The notes beneath the pieces were generated by a model, which was not told where the DNA came from, searched no databases, and saw nothing but the letters and a program-made list of their open reading frames with translations. Positions 42,252-55,294 of a stretch of 64,000 bases of DNA are shown in pieces (the first letter of the stretch is position 1; every line of letters begins with the position of its first letter). The DNA lies in the NCBI GenBank assembly GCA_951406725.2, contig OX597823.1, positions 8,556,001-8,620,000 of the forward strand. The letters run 5' to 3'. The position numbers and the translations under genes are program-made. The DNA is from Octopus vulgaris. Its lineage: Eukaryota.

Positions 42252-42579
42252 TAATTAATATTGTTTGGGCGGGCGGATTATATCGACCCAGCAAGGTGCC
42301 ACAATTTAAGTACCTAATTCAACTGAATCTTATTTATTTAGGTATGTATGTATGTTTGTATGGATGTAAGTATGTTTGTATGTATGTATGTATCTATCTA
42401 TCTATCGATATATAAATATAAATGTATAGATAGATAGATAGATACATACATACATATATACATACATACATATATACATACATAAATACATATGAAATTA
42501 AGATTCGGTTGAATTAGGTACTTAAACTGAGGCACCTTGCTGGGTCGGTATAATCCGCCCGCCCAAACAATATTAATTA
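42252..42579. repeat. MITE-like inverted repeat with ~80-bp arms around a microsatellite spacer
   Basis: taattaatattgtttgggcgggcggattatatcgacccagcaaggtgcc... versus its reverse complement at 42499-42579. Confidence 0.88.
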
Positions 42580-42646
42580 GATATTGAATATCAAGATTCT
42601 GTGCGAGGGTGTCTTCCGCGAGTGCATATACATACATACATACACT

Positions 42647-42680
<34 letters not shown>

Positions 42681-42907
42681 CATATATACACATATATGCA
42701 TACGTCTGATTATGTATGTACATATATGTATGTATGTATGTATATAATAATAATAATAAATATAAGAGAATGGTCACTATGTGGCTCATTCTAGCACTAG
42801 AAGATCCAAAAGGTTTCAACCACAAAAATACATGTTTCCTATGAAAGTCAGTACGATTGTTAGCTCACACGAACAGGGCAAATAAAAAATAATAAAAATA
42901 CAGATTA

Positions 42908-42988
42908 TTTTGGGACAATTGTTTCGCTATTAATGAATTAAATGTAATTTTACTTACAAAAAACCCACTTGTAGCTCCTCGGCCAAAA
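42908..42988 (-). ncRNA. Type I hammerhead ribozyme (U4C variant, palindromic stem III)
   Basis: Minus strand ttttgg-CCGAGGA-gcta...tagc-GAAA-caattg-TC-ccaaaa, inside a ~380-bp insert between microsatellites. Confidence 0.75.
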
Positions 42989-43155
42989 CTATCTGGATGA
43001 AATCCACTCAATCACACGCCAGATTTTACCATAACGATAAATACACGTGTGGTTCAATTGATTACATCCGACGTTATAATTCAAATGCCCTTACCAACAG
43101 CGCGCCAAACCTTCACGGAAACAAATACTACATTTATGCTATAATTAATTATATG

Positions 43156-43212
<57 letters not shown>

Positions 43213-43913
43213 TTTTCTAAACACATATACAAACCCAGTCCACCTATATTTGCTTTTCAATTCAATATACTATTCAAATTCGAAGTCATAGGAATTTCCA
43301 CTTTCACACGATGGACAGTTAATGATATTTATCCATCTCCAGCCATCTTTAGTTACACTATTATTCTTCAATGTTTTCATTTGATATTATACATTGGACG
43401 AAGCCAATCTCTTCTCCATTTTTAACTGACGGCTGCAATAGCATAATGGGTTTTACGAGCATTCAATAGTACTAACATTATATACAACACTTTTATTTCT
43501 TTCTTTCATTTTAGATATTACTCGTAATACGATGTTCTAAAAAAATGATATGTGTTTAAAATTGACTTCGCCCTAAACCAGTTCATCCACCGCACCAATG
43601 GCTTTCCTTACTGTCATGATATTTTAGTTTGTTTTTGTCATTGGTTTGGTTGTTATTTCCTTTATAGTACATATTTTGTTTTCTCTGGTTGTCTATAAAG
43701 CTTGGCTTCTATCAATATGACACCGATGCTAATCAATAAAATAGATGTAGTTTAAAAAGATAAATAACAGTCATAACATTAGTCAACGTATATTGTTCAA
43801 TGCCATAAATTTATCTCTCTGGCTGCCTGCCTGCCTATATACTATACACACATTCTAATGTATGTATGTATCTTCCTGTCTGTCTGTCTGTCTTTTTGTT
43901 TGTCTATCTATTA

Positions 43914-43956
<43 letters not shown>

Positions 43957-43965
43957 CTTTATATA

Positions 43966-44149
43966 AAAGCAGCAGAAATATAACAAAAGCTGTTACTCAG
44001 AGTTTCACGTTCCCGTTCGACAACGTGAAACTCTGAGTAACATCTTTTGTTATATTTCTGCTGCTTTGAAATAAAGCATATTACTCTACCTCTCGCATTT
44101 TAGTACTCTTTTTTCCACCTTGGTTCACATTTATGTGCTTACTTCGGTA
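43966..44149. mobile_element. Copy of the 58.7-kb hammerhead-bearing family, folded into a palindrome
   Basis: 43966-44011 is inverted at 44022-44067; 44068-44149 is homologous to the reverse complement of 58698-58776. Confidence 0.8.
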
Positions 44150-44189
44150 TATGTATATATATATATATATATATATACATATATAAATT

Positions 44190-44800
44190 ATAATTTCTAA
44201 ATCTCTCTAAAGGAGAGATACAGCAGCAGTACTGGGTACTAATATTTATTGCCAGACTAACGTGGCAGTCCAGAGAATTTGGACGAATGCTGCTGTTCAT
44301 TAGCTGCGAGAGACGATCGGTTCTAGCTAGCTACATGATGCGCGGACCTGCGTCTATAAACCTTTGAACAGGGGAGCTCATCAACTTCCCTTTGCTGGCT
44401 AGGTACCCACAGACCTGTTTCGGGGTAGTTTCCTCCCGATCAATAGGGAGCAGCCGAGTCCAGCTGTTCGAAGATTTTCTTTATATATATTCAGTGAAAT
44501 ACATGCAAAAATAGACATGTCATAATTTTTAAATATCTCTAAAGGAGAGATACAGAAGCAGTACTAAAAGGGCAGCAACGACCCCTGCTGGACTCAGCTG
44601 CTCCACATTGCCAACGATACCGTTGTGTGGTGTTTCGCCAGCAAACGGGAGTTGATGACCTCCCCTGTTCGAAAGTTTATGGAGCGCAGGTTCGTGCGTC
44701 ATATAGCTTAGCTAGAAGCGATCGCCTCTCGGAGCTAATCAACAGCAGCAGTCGTCCTATTTCTCTGGACAACTACGTTAGTCTGGCATTTGGGTATAAT
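44190..44800 (-). mobile_element. Non-coding repeat: ~333-bp unit, partial tandem copy and inverted arm; same family as 53491-53979
   Basis: tctctaaaggagagatacag occurs at ~44204 and ~44536; 44575-44790 is an inverted homolog of 44250-44465. Confidence 0.8.
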
Positions 44801-45440
44801 ATATGTTTCGACTCGCTCTGAGTCTCTTCAGGTACATCAATAAAAACTCTCACTAGAGATTTCTTGAGTCGGCTTACGTGCCACTATATGTCCATCAAAT
44901 TCGAGAATGAGTAAAATCAGAGAAAAATTATTGAAACACAAAAAAATTAAATATAAACGTGGAAACTATACATTCAAAAGAAAATGACGTAATCCGCTTT
45001 CGCTGTTGTAACCGTTAAGAGAAAGAAAAGGAAGTAGAAGTTGAGAGGAAGGTAATACTTAGATGAAAATTATTTTTGTGTGTCGTACTTAGAGGCATAT
45101 ATAAATACGCAAATATACATATAAACGAACATATACATACGTGCTCACACACGCAGGGCCAAGTATATGGGCCTACTAGATAAACTGCTAGATAAACACG
45201 CATACTCACACTAATGGATGAATATATACATATATATGTATAGGAACTCATATACTCAGGTACACACGTGTATATATACATAAATGTGCGTACATAGCAT
45301 AGATGAATATGTGCATAGATTCGTACGTAAAGCAAGATACACACGTCTGTGCAAAGCTTCACACACACACACATACGCACACACACACACACGCGCGCGC
45401 GCGCGCGTTAATACACTCGCATATAGATACATAAGTAAAT

Positions 45441-45563
45441 ACATGGTTCCCAGTTCAGTCCCACTGCGTGGTATCTTGGCCAAGTGTCTTCTGCTATAGC
45501 CCCGGGCCGACCAATGCCTTGTGAGTGGATTTGGTAGACGGAAACTGAAAGTAGCCTCTGTCG

Positions 45564-45596
<33 letters not shown>

Positions 45597-45808
45597 TTGT
45601 GTGTCTGTGTTTGTCCCCCTAGCATTGCTTGACAACCGATGCTGGTGTGTTTACGTCCCCGTTACTTAGCGGTTCGGCAAAAGAGACCGATAGAATAAGT
45701 ACTGGGCTTACAAAGAATAAGTCCCGGGGTCGATTTGCTCGACTAAAGGCGGTGCTCCAGCATGGTCGCAGTCAAATGACTGAAACAAGTAAAAGAGTAA
45801 AGAGAGTA
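45441..45808 (+). mobile_element. Main SINE, 5'-truncated
   Basis: Nearly identical to the other copies. Confidence 0.92.
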
Positions 45809-45810
45809 TG

Positions 45811-45851
<41 letters not shown>

Positions 45852-46149
45852 ATATATATATATATATATGCTCAAAATACTAGCAATAGTAGTGTATAGT
45901 TGAAAAACGATAAGAATGACTTTTCTGTTTATTATTATTTTCCTTTTAATAATCAAATATTTCCTTGATCACTGGAGGAACGTGGGCGCAGTTGCGAAAT
46001 TCTAGATCAACAGGCTTCCTTCCAGAATGAGAAATCTAGAAGATTTTAGCGATTTGAAGGAGTTATATTTTCTTTCATCGAAGCATTGAAAAGAATTCAA
46101 TGCAATACACCAAGGAGAACGAATATACTTACAGTTTATATGATCTTAT

Positions 46150-47200
46150 GTAGAACAAATCTTTGTGGGAAACATTTCTTAGAAGTTTGGCAGCATTCAT
46201 CGGGATCATTATCACCATTACTGGTCTATGTATCCTCTCGCCTTTTCTCTTTCTGCAAGTAGTTGACTTAATGATGAAGGGGGTGATATGTGAGAACACT
46301 GCAGAACTACGGTGGAAGGTAATCAGAAGTTTGTGTGACGTGATCTTTACAGATAGCATCGCAATCCTGGCCGATATAAAGATTTGTATTGCATTAATTC
46401 TTTTACTCTTTTACTTGTTTCAGTCATTTGACTGCGGCCATGCAGGAGCACCGCTTTTAGTCGATCAAATCGACCCCGGCACTTATTCTTTGTAAGCCCA
46501 GTACTTATTCTATCGGTCTCTTTTGCCGAACCGCTAAGTAACGGGGACGTAAACACACCAGCATCGGTTGTCAAGCAACGCTAGGGGGACAAACACACAC
46601 ACACACACATACACATACATATATATACATATATACGACGGGCTTCTTTTAGTTTCCGTCTACCAAATCCACTCACAAGGCATTGGTCGGCCCGGGGCTA
46701 TAGCAGAAGACACTTGTCCAAGATGCCACGCAGTGGGACTGAACTCGGGACCATGTGGTTGTTTAGCAAGCTACTTACCACAGCCACTTCTGCGCTTTTC
46801 CACCGATCATTAAAAAAAAGCAGGGACGATGGAGCTCGATATAAAATGTAACCAAAGTCCCAATTGGATGCGGATAAATGCCACAGCCCTGCTTTCTATT
46901 TTCACTGGTCAGCCGGTTGCACAAGACATGCACAGTTTCTGCTACCTAATAAGGCTCGTAAGTATGATAGAAGCATAGGACTTAATGCAAAGAAAGAAAT
47001 CCGCAACGATAGGAATCTATTGCACTGTGTACGCCGAACCTGGTAAGCTACAAGCATCAGTACGGGAATATATGTTTATTTATAGTGCAATAATCTTGTC
47101 AATATGACTATGGACGTGAAAAGTATCGCGTAGCTGTCAAGAAACTAGACCAAAACTGTTTGATTCTGCAGAGGATATAAGATTAAAATGACAAAATCCT
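46150..47200 (+). pseudogene. Very degenerate RTE-like RT remnant interrupted by a SINE
   Basis: TGLCILSPFLFLQVVDLMMK...LCDVIFTDSIAILAD resembles QGCxLSPxLF...LDFADDIALL. Confidence 0.6.
46399..46795 (-). mobile_element. Main SINE, full length
   Basis: Nearly identical to 16294-16704. Confidence 0.93.
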
Positions 47201-47239
47201 CTAAGCAAATTCAATAATAACACTGTGTAGCAGCGTCTG

Positions 47240-47722
<483 letters not shown>

Positions 47723-48096
47723 AGGTGTCGCCTTTATAACTGAAGTCTCATGACTAATGAAATGTTATCCTGTTTCACGTCAGCATTCATCGGGGGGCCA
47801 AAGCAGCAACATCAAAAAACAAGGTTACTGGTTTCTTTTTGAAAGACTCGTGATGATGCGTAGTATTTACGAACATAAGTAATTTAGTAGAGCACGATAA
47901 TTAAAAAAAAATAAAACTAGGTCAAAAACCATTAAGGGCTAAAAATGTTTTTGGCAGATACTCTATATTGTTTAACAACTGTAAATCAAAATTAACACGA
48001 CTGCACACGGACACAAAGGCGTATTTTTTCATATGCATATGCATATATATATTCGTACCTATCAGGTTTCTGCCAAAACTGCGTCTTGTATACATA

Positions 48097-49026
48097 CAGG
48101 GTACGATGGGTAAATTGTCGCCATTTTATATTTTAAATTTTGCGCATGTGCATTGCTTGTTTTTAAATTTGTCGACCACAGAGTATAGTAGGGTCACTTG
48201 GGCACCATCTGTGACAAAACAGCACCATGACACAATTCAATCTCCCAGAAATTTGGAAACGATATGCTGTACTTTTAGACATCCGTGCCGGAAGCTCCTA
48301 TACGTGCATTTCAGAGTTTGGGTGTTAATCTGAGGACAGTGAAGAGGATTTAGAAATAAATGAGTCTAATGGTGATTACGAAGGTTCAGCAGCTCGGAAA
48401 ACTTACTCTAATCGTTCAGATGAAAAGAAATCCTAAACTTATTGGTGAGATCCAGGCCATGATTGACAACGAACATGCTTTGGTTTTTCTCAGACGAGAA
48501 AAATGTCTGCGAGGAACACAGAGAACAAACCGTTGGCTTGTCGTGTCCCCAAAACATGCACCGAGAGTGATAAAAATCAAACATCCAGTCAGCACCATGG
48601 TGTTTGGAGTGATTATTAGCAATGGTGACGTTATGCCTCCATTAATCTTTCCACACCGCCTCAGATTCAACATGGAGGCCTACATCAAATGCTTGAAGGA
48701 GGTAGTGCTACTCTGAATCAAGAGGATGGCTGCTGGAAGATTTCTGGTATCAGGAATCTGCACTATGCCACACAAGCAACAGAACCCAGTCGTGGCTGTC
48801 AGAAAATTTCTACGACCACAATTAACTTAAACAAGGAGACAATCCAGAAGAGTTGCAGAAAATTCCGAAGTCGTCTAGAGGCCGTAGTTGAAGCCAATGG
48901 CGACTTTTTTTAATAAATTTACTCTAGTCTTTCAAGATACTTTTTGTTAGCAGTATGTATTAAAATGAGATGTCAGTGTAATTTTCATTTCTGCGTAATT
49001 TAGACGACAGTTTATTCAACTCACAC

Positions 49027-49028
<2 letters not shown>
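48097..49028 (+). mobile_element. Tc1/mariner (maT-like) deletion derivative
   Basis: TA-cagggtacgatgggtaaattgtcg and cgacagtttattcaactcacact ends; MVFGVIISNGDVMPPLIF and SCRKFRSRLEAVVEANG. Confidence 0.85.
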
Positions 49029-49062
<34 letters not shown>

Positions 49063-49248
49063 GTGGCAGTTGTCGACTCCTTATGCATAGTTTGACCACC
49101 TCCTGTACCTACACATTAGTACCATCATGGCATCTGATGTGGCGTTTTATACGAGACAATGATCTGAAAAGACTGCTACATACCCACATAGATTATACCT
49201 CCGATTTGGACCGCTAAGATCTGCAGATAAGTTCTGCTCTTTGTTGAT

Positions 49249-49333
<85 letters not shown>

Positions 49334-49346
49334 AATTATATATGTT

Positions 49347-49386
<40 letters not shown>

Positions 49387-49404
49387 TGTATACATATGCA
49401 TATA

Positions 49405-49595
49405 TTGGGTCATCCTATAGAGAATGCTGTTTTGTATACTTCTTTTATTAAAACAAATAAGATAAACAAATTGTTTTTTAATCTAAAATACACTCTCCTT
49501 CATTTTCTACAATGCCGTTCCATCTATCTGGTAGATTTGCAAGGCCCCTTTCCAAAATTCACTTATCCGTGACAGAAGATACCCTTCCAGTAATG
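49405..49595 (-). mobile_element. Mariner terminal fragment
   Basis: TIR ttgggtcatcctatagagaatgc similar to 37405; minus strand GLANLPDRWNGIVENEG. Confidence 0.7.
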
Positions 49596-49599
49596 TGGA

Positions 49600-50482
49600 C
49601 AACCAGATTAAGTTATAAAATGTATTAGATTCTCTAGATCACAAGTGAAGTTGGTTTTAATTTTGAACCTCTCTCCTTGTCGCAATAGAAGTTCCGAGCC
49701 TTTCAGTAGGTTGGGGAATGTTCTACAATTCGGGCGTTCATATTTTTTAACCGTTGGTTTCTTGGCTGTTGTGTAAAGCTTTGCATTTGTTAGAAATCTT
49801 TTAATTTATTTGTGTAGCGTTTTGCATTTAATGAATTTATGTCTTTTCAGAATGTTGTACAATTTGGGATCTCTAGTGAGCATAGGTAGATGGTGTACAA
49901 TAGTGCTGTATAACTTATTGTTTCTAGGGTTGTCAGTCGATATATATACCAGTGCTTTGAGTTGAGGTGTGGTGTGGTGTTACGTTTTGTTGCCCTTAGT
50001 GTTTTAATGTTTGATTTCTTAGCACGCTTACTTCCATCGTCTATAAATGAGGGAGGATATTCTTTTCCAGTTAGTGTTGTTCTGAGGTCTTGAAATCAAA
50101 GGTCCCTAGTATTTCTATCAGACACTATAGTGCAAATCCATTTTGCTAACTTAAAGGGGATATTTCTTTTGGTGTGCTTCGGGTCGCATGAACTAAACAG
50201 GAGATAAAGCTTTGAATCCGTCGGTTTCTGATAAACGTCATTTCTTATTTGATTGTTGACATTTTTTTATCATAATATCCCAGAAAGGGAGCTGTTCTTT
50301 GTTATATTCCATTGTGAATTTAGGGCTTATACAATTTAGTATTCATTTGAATTCCAGAAGTTTATCAATGCTCTCCTTCCAAATGATAAAACAGTCATCC
50401 AGGTATCTTTACCAGTTCTCTCATATATAATGGTGAAAGGGATATCGCAAGAACAGGGACTGCTTTCGTTCCCATCGCAAAT
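49600..50482 (-). pseudogene. Penelope-like element RT fragment, degenerate
   Basis: AMGTKAVP, RYLDDCFIIW, DVYQKPTDSKLYLLFSSCDPKHTKRNIPFKLA. Confidence 0.88.
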
Positions 50483-50509
50483 ATATAAATTTTATTATTA
50501 TTATTATTA

Positions 50510-50563
<54 letters not shown>

Positions 50564-50634
50564 TGTATATATATATATATAATATATGCAGTGCTCCAGC
50601 ATACCGGTGTAAAAAATGACAGAAAAAAGTAAAA

Positions 50635-50683
<49 letters not shown>

Positions 50684-50698
50684 CATACATACATAAAT

Positions 50699-50751
<53 letters not shown>

Positions 50752-50941
50752 TGCCGAAGTTTTATCTTGACTATTGAGTAAATGTAACATATTATTTTAT
50801 AGATACATTTCCTCTATTTACATAATATTGAGGTCTCTTTCTTTCTTTTGTTATCTTACCGTTTTTACCAATATATATATTTACATATGTACACATGTGT
50901 GTGGGTGTCTGTATGTATATATGTATGTATGTAAGTATACG

Positions 50942-51017
<76 letters not shown>

Positions 51018-51071
51018 TATATATATACACATGTGTGTGGGTGTCTGTATGTATATATGTATGCATGTAAG

Positions 51072-51134
<63 letters not shown>

Positions 51135-51515
51135 ACACACAACACGCACACATATGTATAAACTATATATCATCTAAATATTTTGACGAGTACTTTATTT
51201 TGCAACATGAAGAGTAATTTTATCGAAATATGGCGCTGAATTAACCGGTAGAGCAAAGATTATGAGAAAATACCTGCCCGACTTAAAAATTTAAAAAGTA
51301 GCGGGGTCGATTTGTTCGATTAAGCCTTTCATGGCGGTGCTCCAGAATGACTGCAATCCAGGGGCTGAAGCAAGTAAAAGATAAAAGGAAGAACATAATA
51401 TATCTAACGTAAACATATAGTAACACGCGATGAGTTTGACGAGTAGCGTCGATTTTTACAATATTCTAAATAATAATAGTATTTTATAAGCATAATGTTT
51501 ATAAGCGCTGAGCGG

Positions 51516-51672
51516 GCAATGACTGGAGAAAATAGTCTGATAATGGGGCATATAATGGTCTAATAATCGGACATATAAGCCCTCGATGGATAAAAGGGGC
51601 GACGGGGAAAACCTACTTTTTCCGTCGAGGGCTTATATGCCCTATCATTAGACTATTTTCCTTAGTCATTGC
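51516..51672. repeat. Small MITE-like hairpin
   Basis: gcaatgact..aaaatagtctgataatggggcatataa and tataagccctcgatgga pair with tccgtcgagggcttatatgccctatcattagactatttt..agtcattgc. Confidence 0.75.
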
Positions 51673-53490
51673 ACGGCGATTGTTTATTAGCTTACGTATT
51701 TTATTATTTCTATATCAGAATAAGAGATGAAACTTCTAACACGTACGTGTGTATGTTTGTGTGTATGTGTATCTTTAGATACATACATGCATATACTTAT
51801 TTATTTATATACTCGTATATATATGAACATACATATTTATGTGTGTGTGTGTGTTTGTGTGTGATTTGGGGGTGTGTAAGTGTGTTTCTTGTTGTTGCCT
51901 TTGTCCTCTCAGACAGCTGACAATAATTTTCTCTTTAGCTTGCAGTTTTTAAAATATGAGATGAATCATATACATTCCGGTTACTGTTTCTCTAGTTGCA
52001 TCATATTATTATATAGAGCTCTTGGAAGCTGCCCTCGGCAGATTGTTTGTTGACAACTTCCTTCATATCAAAATAATGTAGATTTAGCAGCTGGGAACCG
52101 TTTGCATCAAGACATTAACCTATTTCCTAAAAGCTGCAATAACTTGTGAAAATATCGGCATACTTGGAGATCAAATTTCTCGACTATTTGTTCTACGTTC
52201 TAAAACATTTTTTTCTATGTTTATTCTATGTTATAGGTCGCTCCGTTTTTGAAGCACACACTATTTTATCGAAATATAAATATGATTTAATAGTGTAGAG
52301 TAAGAAAAAAAGTATTGTACAAATATACTATACTTTTACATTTCTCCCAACTGACAGGTTCAACCACTAAATTCGTGGGTGTATCTGTTTTGTGCAGCGC
52401 TTTTAAGACTTGTTTGTTTATTTGAATATTCTTGTGTCATCGCTTGCATCGCAAAAACACTATAGCAAGAAAGTAACACATTTTTATCAATAATTACTAC
52501 GCAAAAAAAAAATCTTTGTTTTTTGAAATGTTGTATATATTAAGTAATAATTGTTTCTAAAATAAAATAATTATTTCTAACATTTTGTCTTTATTAATAT
52601 AGACGGAATTTCTTTGGTTCCTATTTGTTAGATTTATTCTAAACATTCTTTCCCAATTACAAAGCAGAATGGGTGGTGATGTGTATCAAACGTTGATCTA
52701 CTTGTTTACAAATATATTATTCATGATTAAATTATTTTAGTGTTGATTACAGAGAAAGAAAATAACTAATGAAAATGAAGGATATTAGACACATTGAAAA
52801 GGACATAACATATTAATATTTTCCTTTGTTGATTGTTTAAACCATTCTTGAATCGTTCATGAATCTCTCTTTCTTAATAATCAGAATTCTTCATAAGCTA
52901 TAACGACTCGTTCAAATAAAAGCAGATTTTGTCGAGTGTTCGTTTAAAAATTACATCTTTAAGCAATTAACTGACGATATACTGACTATTTAGCATGTAA
53001 CATATTGATTCAGTCCGATTTACAGTCTCTTATAAAACGAGTACTGAAATTCAGTGACAATAGGAAAGCCATGCGACATGTGTAAAATAGAAATTTGTTC
53101 GAGCTGACGGCGTGGGATGCCATGAACTAGCTGAGATGTACAAATCCTTCAAGTAGATCTTAGACGAAAGTACGAATTACTCAAAAATACACATAATTAT
53201 GTAGTCACATTGTAAACAAGATGGATCTTCGTTAAGGTACAAATGACTGATAGATTACTCGTTAACCTTACCAGGAAAGATGAAGCAAGATGGTTATGCC
53301 TGAAATAATTTTAATCATATATCTGCTCGTCCAGTAGCAATCTAGGGTTACAGGACAGTAATACATTGTTATACACAATGAACGAACAATATGACATGCT
53401 GTGGAAAATATATTTTTGATACACACATACACACAAACATGTATATACGTACACATTTGTGCTATTAGATATATATTTATATATACATAT

Positions 53491-53973
53491 GGAGCTAATC
53501 AGCGACAGCTTTAGTTTTATTTATAGACTGCCATATTAGTATGGCAATAACTATTAATACCTAGTAACGCTGCCGTAATCTCCTTTAGAGAGACTTAGTA
53601 ATTTTAATATTTCTATTATTGAAAACAAGTGGATGTATTCCACTGTAACTAGGTAAATAAAATCTTCGAACAGAGAGTCAGTAGTGACACCTGCTGGTTC
53701 TGGCTACGCTTCATTGATGAAGGGCAACAACACTGACACATGTCTGCAGATGTCTGACTAGCAAGATGAAGCGGCTGACCTCCCCTCTTCGAAGGTTGTA
53801 ATGGACGCAGGTTCGTGTGTCAAATAGCTAGCTAGAGGCGATGGCCTCTTGGAGCTAATCAGCGACAGATTTAGTCTTGTTTATAGACTGCCATATTAGT
53901 ATGGCGATAACTATTAATACCCAGTAACGCTGCCGTAATCTTCTTTAGAGAGACTTAGTAATTTTAATATTTC

Positions 53974-53979
<6 letters not shown>
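53491..53979 (+). mobile_element. Non-coding repeat: 360-bp unit plus ~130-bp terminal direct repeat, with a degenerate hammerhead
   Basis: 53491-53620 is repeated at 53851-53979; (TA)n flanks; hammerhead-like fold at 53709-53749. Confidence 0.8.
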
Positions 53980-54044
<65 letters not shown>

Positions 54045-54624
54045 AATATATATATGTGTGTGTGTAGGTTGTATGCATATCTTTAAATCGAAAAACAAAA
54101 ACAGAACAAACACAAAAAAAACAAGAGCGTGAGGACGTGGTACATACAAATTATAAGCAGACGCTCAGGGAAGAAAAAAGGTGGTCTTACGAGTAAAGCT
54201 CTTCTTCGGAAATAGGAGAGTCCAACAGAAAAGGAAGACGCTGGAAACAAGTAGCCAACGATTCACATGTGGTTACATTCGTATATATATATATATATAT
54301 ATACGCATGCATGCATACATACATAAATTCATGTGTATGCATATATATATGTATGTTAGAATATATGCATATATATATAGTCAAAACTACTATAATAACC
54401 ACATTGTACCGAATGCGAGGGAATGCAACTCTCGAAGCGAGCCTCCTAAAACAGACTCAGCCGCATATCATATGATTTCGTAATTAGTGCACAAAATGCA
54501 CTTTTCACTTGTCAGTGCAAGCATAGTCAAGACATATAAAAATAAACAAAATTCAATATACCAGACGAACACCATATGTATCCAGCATAGTAAATAGAAA
54601 CTGTTTACACTTTTATATCTATGT

Positions 54625-55294
54625 AAGAGGCGGGCTTTTCGAATTGCATCCGTACGCTGGTCGACAGTCCAAATGAAGCAAGTAATATTCTCCGATGAGT
54701 CCTGTTTTTCTCTTTTCCCCACTGCAGGACGAGTTTATGTGTGGAGGTAGCCCTAGAGGTTTTTGATCCTGATTGACCTCGTCCTACAGTGAATCATGGA
54801 GGAATGCCAGCGACGGTTTGGGCAGCCATTTCTTGGAAGTCTTTCGGTCCAATCATTGCCCTACATGGTAGGATGGACAAGAATCATTTATCGGAATATT
54901 TTGGGTAATCAAGTCCTTCCTATGGTCCAGACATTATTCCCTGATGTTGAGTGCGGCTTCCAAGATGACAATGTCCAAATATCCATCTCTCATGTGGTTA
55001 AGAATTGGCATGAAGAACATAGTAGTGATCTACCACATATGGAGTTGCTCCATCAATCTCCAGACCATAATATTATTGAGAATCCGAGGCCTCTTGGAGC
55101 GATAAGTTAGAAGTCGATACCCTCCACCGTCGTGTCTGCAACAGTTGGAGCACGTTTTGCAGGAAGAATGGCTCATGATCCATCTCAATGAAGTTAGGAA
55201 GCTGTGTGAATCAATTCCCTGACGCATCGAAGCTGTTCAGAAATATATATTCATTGAATTTAACATTTGTTCCAATTATTTTTTAAAACCCTTG
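54625..55294 (+). mobile_element. Tc1 transposase 3' half and terminus
   Basis: VIFSDESCF, FQDDN, QSPDHNIIEN; end tccaattattttttaaaacccttg-TA. Confidence 0.88.
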
